Shown here: piece after piece, positions 33,747 through 40,695 of the stretch
Position numbering within the stretch: position 1 is the first letter of the stretch
Layout of the letters: every line of letters starts with the position of its first letter
DNA from: Ministeria vibrans ATCC 50519
Taxonomy: Eukaryota > Protista > Filasterea
Assembly (NCBI GenBank): GCA_943704425.1
Contig: CALSCP010002358.1
Location: 1-40,695 of the forward strand
Direction: 5' to 3'
Length of the DNA: 40,695 nucleotides
Notes under the pieces: model-generated
The model's database searches: none
Seen by the model: the letters and a program-made list of their open reading frames with translations, nothing else
What the model was told of the DNA's origin: nothing
Made by a program: the position numbers and the translations under genes

Positions 33747-35954
33747 TCAAAAGTGGAGAGTCTCATCGAGCTCTGACAGCCCCGGCTTGTTCTTTTGGAC
33801 GGGACCCTGGTCAGGTTGTCTCCAGACAGATGCGGGGGGTGCGTGGGAGAGCAGGAAGGCCGCTTCGGCCACACGGTCGCCGACCTGTGCGCGCAGAGCG
33901 TCTTCTTGTTGGCTCAACAGGGTCTCATCCTCCTCATCATCGCAGCTCTCGTCACTACTGTCATCTTCATCAGCACCCGACTCATTGATATCTTCATCGC
34001 ATTCGTCCTCATCGTTTGGTGTTGTGGCCGCGAGCAATTCACTCTCTTCCATCTCCGTGTTTGTAACGCGATGAAACAAATCAGCAACACTCAGCAGCAC
34101 CGAGTCGCTCAGACCACAGCGCTGGAAGAACTGGGTAATGTTGAGGCAGTCACGGTAGAGAAAAGCAAGCGCTTGTGGATGTTGCAGGTCAACGGATTGC
34201 CTATACAGATGGGAGTGAGTAAGGAAAGAGAATGAGTGCGCGAGAAAACAAAAACAGACAGCGAGCGAGAAAGAGAGAGAAGTAGTTTTAGAAACAGTCT
34301 GAATCAACAGTCAGCGGTCCACTAGATATCAGACTCACACCAAACACTGACAAGTTAGTCTTTTCTTACCCCATGTCAATGACAACGACTCGCTCATCTG
34401 CATCGTACAGTAGATTGTACTCGCTCAGATCTCCGTGAATCAACTGACAATCCTAAATACAAACATAACACCATCCGAAAAAAATAAAGACAAAACAGTT
34501 CAGTCAACCATTTTTTTCTCGATTCTCTCTATTTCTGTCTCTCTCACAGCCTCAATCAACAATCTACCACTTTCTCTTTTTCATCTCTCTCATACACAAT
34601 AATAATAATAATAAAATAATAATAATAATAATTATACCTGATAGAGTCTCACAATGATGTCCACACACTTCTCATAGGTCTGCGCCAGACGGACCCTCTT
34701 CATGTGCGGCGCCACATCCTTCAGTTTGGGCGCAGGAACGGAGCGATGGTCTGCCTCGTGACTAGCACGGACAAAAGACATGAACAAAATGTGGTGGCGC
34801 AGTTGGATGGGCTGTGGACAAGGGATTTGAGCGTTGAATGCTCGTGTGAGATTGTGGAATTCCTTTTCCGCCCACATTTTGACGAGTCTGCGTGGGTTTT
34901 GCTTCGAGAAGCGTTTGCGGAAGCGGAAGTCATCGGCAATGTACTGGTCGCGCGACTTGAACTCGTTGAGGGTCGTCTTGAAAATCTTGACGGCAACATC
35001 GCATGTGATGGGAGTGCTTGCGGCCGAGTCAGCTGTGAGTGTGTCGCCCGCTTCGCCGAAGAAGACGGCCGCCTCTTTGCCTGTGCTCACACATCCGTGC
35101 ACTGCGCTCAGCCGTCCACTTTGAACACACTTGTACATCATGAGACGTGTGCGTGCGTCGACAACGTGCTGTGCCACCGCGCGGTCTTCGCGGCCGTGAA
35201 CACGGTTGTTGCGTGCGTTTGCTTGGCGGCGGGTGCGTTCGTGCAGAGCGTGGTAGGCACGCGCAGGCAATCGCTCGCCCTTGCGCACCTGTCCCGAGTT
35301 GACACCAAGCGGCAGCGTGTCAACCATGAGACGACCGTGCTTGAGCTGCTCGGCGTGTGCGTTGTGCTTGGTGATGGCGTTGCGTGAGTTGGCGCCGCGC
35401 GGGATGGAAATGCGCGGCTCAAGTTCGGCACCGTCGCCAAAGTAGTAGTCGTCCTCGGCGCACGCGACCTCGTCATAGTGGGCGTCGTCTACGACAGGTG
35501 CGGGTGCGTTGAAGAAGTCCTGCTTGGAGAGCGCCACGGTGAGCTTGCCGGGCGACAAGTGGTTCAGCATGCGATGGTAGTGGGCATCTTCCTCCTCCTG
35601 CAGTGCCATGGCCATGGCCAGGTCGACGTCCTCGGTAGACGCGGTGCATGCTGTGGAGGGACCGGCAGTCGCGGGCTCAGTGGCGTGGGCCAGGGAGGCG
35701 GCAATGGCTGCAGCGAGATCTTCGTCGACCGTTGGATCAGTTTCGCAATCGTCGTCGTTGGCGCTGTTGGCCTTTTCGGACGGCAGTGCCGGATACGCCA
35801 CATGCACTGCGTGTTGCTCTTCTTCAGATTGAAGCTTGGTGGCGAGCTGTTCTCCCATAATGTCGTTGAGTGAGAATTTTGGTGTGGCGGAAAGTGCCAC
35901 TGTGGGTACGGCCGTCACTGTCGAGGATGGTGACCCCCAGGCGTTATTGGGCAT
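33747..35954 (-). CDS. RIOK3: RIO kinase 3-like; 3 exons
   Basis: Exons 35954-34638, 34452-34370, 34200-33747. RIOK3-type N-terminus AWG...SLNDIMGEQLATKLQSEEE, DLAMAMALQEEED, ITKH. Kinase motifs GCVSTGKEAAV, AVKIFKTTLNEFKSRDQYI, WAEKEFHNL, LIHGDLSEYNLL, IDMGQSV, FLYRDC. Confidence 0.9.
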
Positions 35955-36075
35955 GGTGCGTGTGTGTGCGAGCGAGGGGTGGGTTAATAATAAAAATGTT
36001 AACTATAATTCCTTCCCATTCCGCAATAATGGGAATTTGGGATGATATGATTGCGCAACAAAAAAAATACCAATA

Positions 36076-36080
36076 TTATT

Positions 36081-36127
<47 letters not shown>

Positions 36128-36130
36128 CAT
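36076..36130. repeat. (ATT)n tract
   Basis: Seen directly. Confidence 0.9.
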
Positions 36131-36385
36131 TAATCAGGGCCATCGCTCAGACAGTAAATCTTAATTAGTAGCAGTAAATACTTTAATAATTTACCTCAGA
36201 ACCACCGAAAAATTCAGGAAAAGATCACTAATAGTTACAAAGCACAGCAAGACAGGCAAACCCAACGAGATACAATGAAAAAGGTAAAGACAAACATGTT
36301 ATATGAGGTGAGCGGTCAAACAGGCCAAGGAGTTTAATATTAAATAATCGTGATTGTTGTATTAAGCATAATAAAGGACGATCAC

Positions 36386-39300
36386 CTAAGCGGAGGGGGC
36401 AAGCCAACGCGAAACCTCATCACTTACAAGGAACTGCGGGACAATGCCCGTGTTGATCATGCGCTTGACCTCATCGACAGCCGACGCAAAAGTGGTGGTG
36501 GTGACGTTCGCTTCAACGTCGAGCAGCTACACACGGACACAAGAGGTGTGAAACATTTTCTCTCTTGTTTCCTCAAAAACAATGCACCAGACAAACAAAC
36601 AAACAAAACACAAACAAAAAGAGTTGTTTACCGCCTGGCGGGTGGAATGGCGAATGTTGATCTCGTGAGGGGAGCCGGCGTAGATGAAACGCTTGTAGAG
36701 GGTCTTGGCACGGTCGAAAATGGCTGGATGGCCGGCAATGGGGGTATCGGGCGGAAGAGAAGCGTCGGCCACGGCCACATTGAAGTGGGTGACCTGCGAC
36801 AGAAAGTCGGTGTTCTCTTCGCAAAAGGTGCGACGGGCAAACGCATCGAGAACCGTCAGGAGTTCAGGGTAGCGTGCAATGTCATCGTAGTGGTGGACTG
36901 ACTTGAGAATGGCGGCGCGGCGTTGGCCCAGCGTGAGCCCCCACTGACGTCCACTCCCACTGCCCTTTCCATCGGTGTGCTGCTGCCTAATGTCATCCAA
37001 ACTCATGTCCTCCATAAACTCACCCAACATACGCTCCATCTTTAGCACAAACAGCTCGCGCTCCTCGGGCGACATGCGCGACGCCGTCGAAAGCACTGCC
37101 TCATTAACATTCCTGGCCATCTCCGCTTGTGACTCACTTGCACGCATCACCTTCTTGGGGTCACTGCAGCGCTTTATGAACCGCGTCAGCATGTTGAGGC
37201 GCTTCGACATGGCGCGGTGGCGCGTGCGCGGGAATGGAATGCCCCGACTCGACGCATTGCGGTAAACCACAAGCACACGCTCCACCAGTGCCCCATTTAG
37301 TGTTACCACGTCCAGAGGCGCACGCCCCTTCTTCGTCTGCTCCAACTGCAACGCTATTTCCTTCACAATCCCGCTGAAATCCCCCGTGGGCGCCACCATG
37401 CCCTCAACAAGTCGCTGAAACTGTGAAAACGCAATCGTGTCGCCGTTGCCACGTGCCGTCTTATCACGAGCCCGCTGCGACGCCGTCTGCCCCATTCCCT
37501 TGGCGTCCCCCTCTTCGTCGTCGTCTTCCATGTCCGACAGCAGATCATCATCGGACGCCTCGTCACCCGACAGCAGCGTTGCATCCGCTCCACGTTGGTC
37601 CCTACCACCACGACCAGCAGCAGCGGAACTAGCAGCAGCGGCAGCAGCAGCAGCAACAACATTACCGTTACCACCACTGTTCGAGCGTCTTCGTCGTCCC
37701 ACCCCATCGCCGACCATGCGTGCGCGAAAGGCCGATGTCAGGTCAATGTTGAGCAGACTTTTGTCGCCAGACTGTTCGCCAATAGCGGATGACTGATCCT
37801 TGCTCGGGGCGCGTGAAAGCCGTGAGCGCTTCACTGGCGACGTAGGTCGAGCAGAGGGCGATGTAGGTGGGGAAGTGCTAGACGCTGCTGCAGCGGCTGC
37901 TGCAGTTCCTGAAGCTGCGGTAGGAAGTACTGAGGTAGAAGCGAATGGCGAGGTCGGGGTGCTGACGATACCGTCATCGTCGCCACCACTGCCTATGTGA
38001 GCGTGGCTGCGTGACATGACGGTGCCATTGTGCAAGTCAGCCTCCTCATCGGCGTTGAACGTGAGCACTTCGCCAAGAGGCGCCGCGATTTCGCCAAGGC
38101 CAAGACGTGCAAACACACCAGGCACAAGCGACGAGCCCATGGGACCGTCGAGGTTTTCGTTGTGCACGCCTTGGTTCACGAGAATCCACTGTAGGCGCAT
38201 GTACGCCTGTACATTGGGTGCGCTCTGGCACTCGGGGGTGACCAACAGGGTGAGCACACGCTCGAAGAGCAGACGTGACTCGACAGAGGGAAACAGAAAG
38301 AGCAGTGAAGTGTGCGACTTGACATTGGACTCGTGTACACGTGCCACACGCGACAAACGGTTGCAAGCTTTGCTTGGTGAGTCGCCAGCGCTCGCCGAGG
38401 ACAGATTGGCACCCGACGTGTGTGGCGAGGAGGTAACGCCAGTGCCAGCGCCGGACACGCTCGACAGTGATGTGCTAGTCGAGTCGAAGGGTGACGAAGC
38501 GCCCGGCTCGGCCTCATTGCCAATGTACTGCTTTTGTGGGCCTGTAAGCACGACGCGCCTGACAATGAGACGCAGCAGACGTCGCGAGACGTCCGGAGCA
38601 ACGGGAGTGCGACTGGACGCGACAACCTCGGGGGCGGATGACCAAGCGACGACACTCTGCAGCAGAAGACCGCCGGTGGACTTGAGACCACGTTCGCGCA
38701 CCCAGTAGAGGATCTCGCGTGCGGCATCGAGCTTGAGACGGATCCAGTGCGACTCGGCAGGGACCACCGAGAAGGCTTGGTTGGCAATACCGGCGGAAGA
38801 GTTGACGTCGGACACGACAGTGGATGCGACGAGCATTGCATGGCCGTACTCGTCAATGAGCGCCGTGGCACGTTCACGATTCATCGCACTAATGTGCTTC
38901 TCGGTTGCATTGGCGAGTTTGTGCGGGTAGGCACGAGGAATAGTCACGGGCACGTCGACCTTGTCAAATTCGAGAAAAGGATCGACGGGTCGAGATTCGC
39001 GAGCGAGTGAAGCCCGCTCTGCCTCCTCCTGCGACATGAACGCACCAAAAATAGGGTAGTGCGCCGAGACACCATGGTACTCGGGCACGCCGGCGCAGAG
39101 GGACGCAGCAGCGGCAATCTTGGCCTCGCCCAGCGCGGCCACCGATGAAGTGTTGGACCCAAACAACCCACCAGCCGTCGACATGGTGCTCGCATCACCT
39201 GTCTCTGCAACGTCAGTCTCATCCGAGGGGGACGCCGTCTTGTCGCGACGACGCAACAGACGCGACATAGACAGACGACTCGTTGCACTCTTGGACAATG

Positions 39301-40574
39301 ATGCAAACGAGTACACTCGCGAGTCGCATTTGAACGCTTTCCCATTGTCTAAGAGGAGAGAGGGAAGGAAGAACGAAACAAAGAAGAGAGAGATAGAGGA
39401 GGGAGAAAGAAACAAAGTGAGAGAGAGAGAGAGAAAAGGGAGAGATAGAGGAGGGAGAAAGAAACAAAGCGAGAGAGAGAGAATGTGTGAAGACAAAATT
39501 ATTATTTTTTAAAAAAACTGTCAATCACTCACGTACCATTGATTCGTTTGATGCGTTCATAGTCACACAGCAGAGCGCCAATCTGTTCCGCGTGTGGACG
39601 AGACCACGCAATGCCACGATGCAATAGACACCAACAAAGCTACAGTGCAATTTACAAGTGTGAATGAATGAGCAAGTGAATGGGTGCATAGTGTATGACT
39701 CAGGGAGAAGGATTATTATGATTATTGTTATTAAATTTTTGTGTTAGTTACGTCCTGTCCAGTGAATGTGTTGTGGTACGTCTTGGTGAGCACTTTGTGG
39801 TCGCCCGTGGTGATATTGCGAATGAGGTGCGCAAGAGCAAACGTCACGTACGAGGCAGACAGAGTCAGTTCGCTCACATCCGCTTCTTCGTCTTTTCCAG
39901 GAAAACTGATAGAAAAAAACCGTAAGTAATAACAATGAGCAACATGACGACATAATCTCTAACGTTGCTTTGTTTTTACCAGAGGTAGTTTCCGCGTTTT
40001 TTGAGGTGTGCATGGACACAGAGCATATTAAGGATGTTTTCGGCGGACGCATGGTCATCTGCTTCGCCCGTTTCAATAAGCCATTTGAGAAGCTATAAGA
40101 CACAGGACACGAGAGAGAAAGAAACAAAGCGAGAGAGAGAGACATAGGAGGAGGAGGAAGAAAGAAACAAAGTGATAAAAAGAGAGAAACAAAGTGATAG
40201 AGAGTGAAATAAAGTAAGCAAAGTAATAGAAGTGAAGTAAACAAAGTGATAAACAAAGTGAACAAAGTGATAGAAGTGAAGTAAGCAAAGAAATAGAAGT
40301 GAAGTAAACAAAGTGAACAAAGTGATAAACAAAGTGAACAAAGTGATAGAAGTGAAGTAACCAAAGTGATAGAAGTAAACAAAGTGATACAAAGTGAACA
40401 AAGTGGTAAACAAAGTGAACAAAGTGATACAATAGAGAGAAAAAGAAACATAGCAATAGAGAGGTGTCAGTTTCAAACACGAAAACGCGAATATTGTCCT
40501 ACCGTGCTCGTTCGAAGTCGTGCGACGGAAATGGACTCTGAGTCAAACTTGTACCACTGAAGAGGAACGTTTCG
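36386..40574 (-). CDS. RGS-domain protein with tandem DEP domains and a probable PH/EF-like module (5' end outside window)
   Basis: Exons 40574-40503, 40092-39980, 39905-39752, 39639-39537, 39348-36632, 36526-36386 (phase-consistent). DEP: DHKVLTKTYHNTFTGQDLCWCLLHRGIAWSRPHAEQIGALL...FKCDSRVYSF. RGS: FARRTFCEENTDFL...LYKRFIYAGSPHEINI...FASAVDEV...PQFLVSD. Confidence 0.85.
40165..40432. repeat. Intronic minisatellite built from AAACAAAGTG / ATAGAAGTGAAGTAA units
   Basis: Seen directly. Confidence 0.9.
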
Positions 40575-40634
40575 CTGCAACACCAACAGAACCCAACCGA
40601 TTCAGCACACTCACATAGACACAACACTCGCCAC

Positions 40635-40685
<51 letters not shown>

Positions 40686-40695
40686 GTCTTGCGTA

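Noticed and set aside
40165-40432. CRISPR-like periodicity
   Set aside because: No unique spacers; a degenerate intronic minisatellite in a eukaryotic gene.

Overview
Compact, gene-dense eukaryotic DNA with short GT-AG introns and (AG)n/(AAT)n microsatellites. Gene content (EGF adhesion-GPCR, RIOK3, PA28gamma, EFHB) suggests a unicellular holozoan or related protist; this is inference only. I reconstructed ten gene models by hand: (1) the 3' part of a giant intronless EGF-repeat single-pass receptor; (2) an orphan type-I membrane protein; (3) VPS39/VAM6; (4) a compact peroxisomal malonyl-CoA-decarboxylase-like gene; (5) an EGF/GAIN adhesion GPCR; (6) an SLC25A21-like mitochondrial carrier, head-to-head with (7) an EF-hand-less EFHB/CFAP21; (8) a twin radical-SAM enzyme; (9) PSME3; (10) RIOK3. 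A DEP-DEP-PH-EF-RGS gene runs off the right edge. Three signals stand out. First, a probably mitochondrial ~897-aa protein in which a HemN-family domain (neither HemN nor HemW) is spliced in frame to a second, different radical-SAM domain, resembling a fused bacterial gene pair. Second, nine EGF pairs carry strictly co-occurring extra cysteines placed to form an inter-domain disulfide. Third, bacterial-type DUF4082-like and InhA/MAM-like domains are inserted four times at the same Cys3-Cys4 hairpin of an EGF, in two unrelated receptors. All family assignments come from motif recognition by eye, not database searches.
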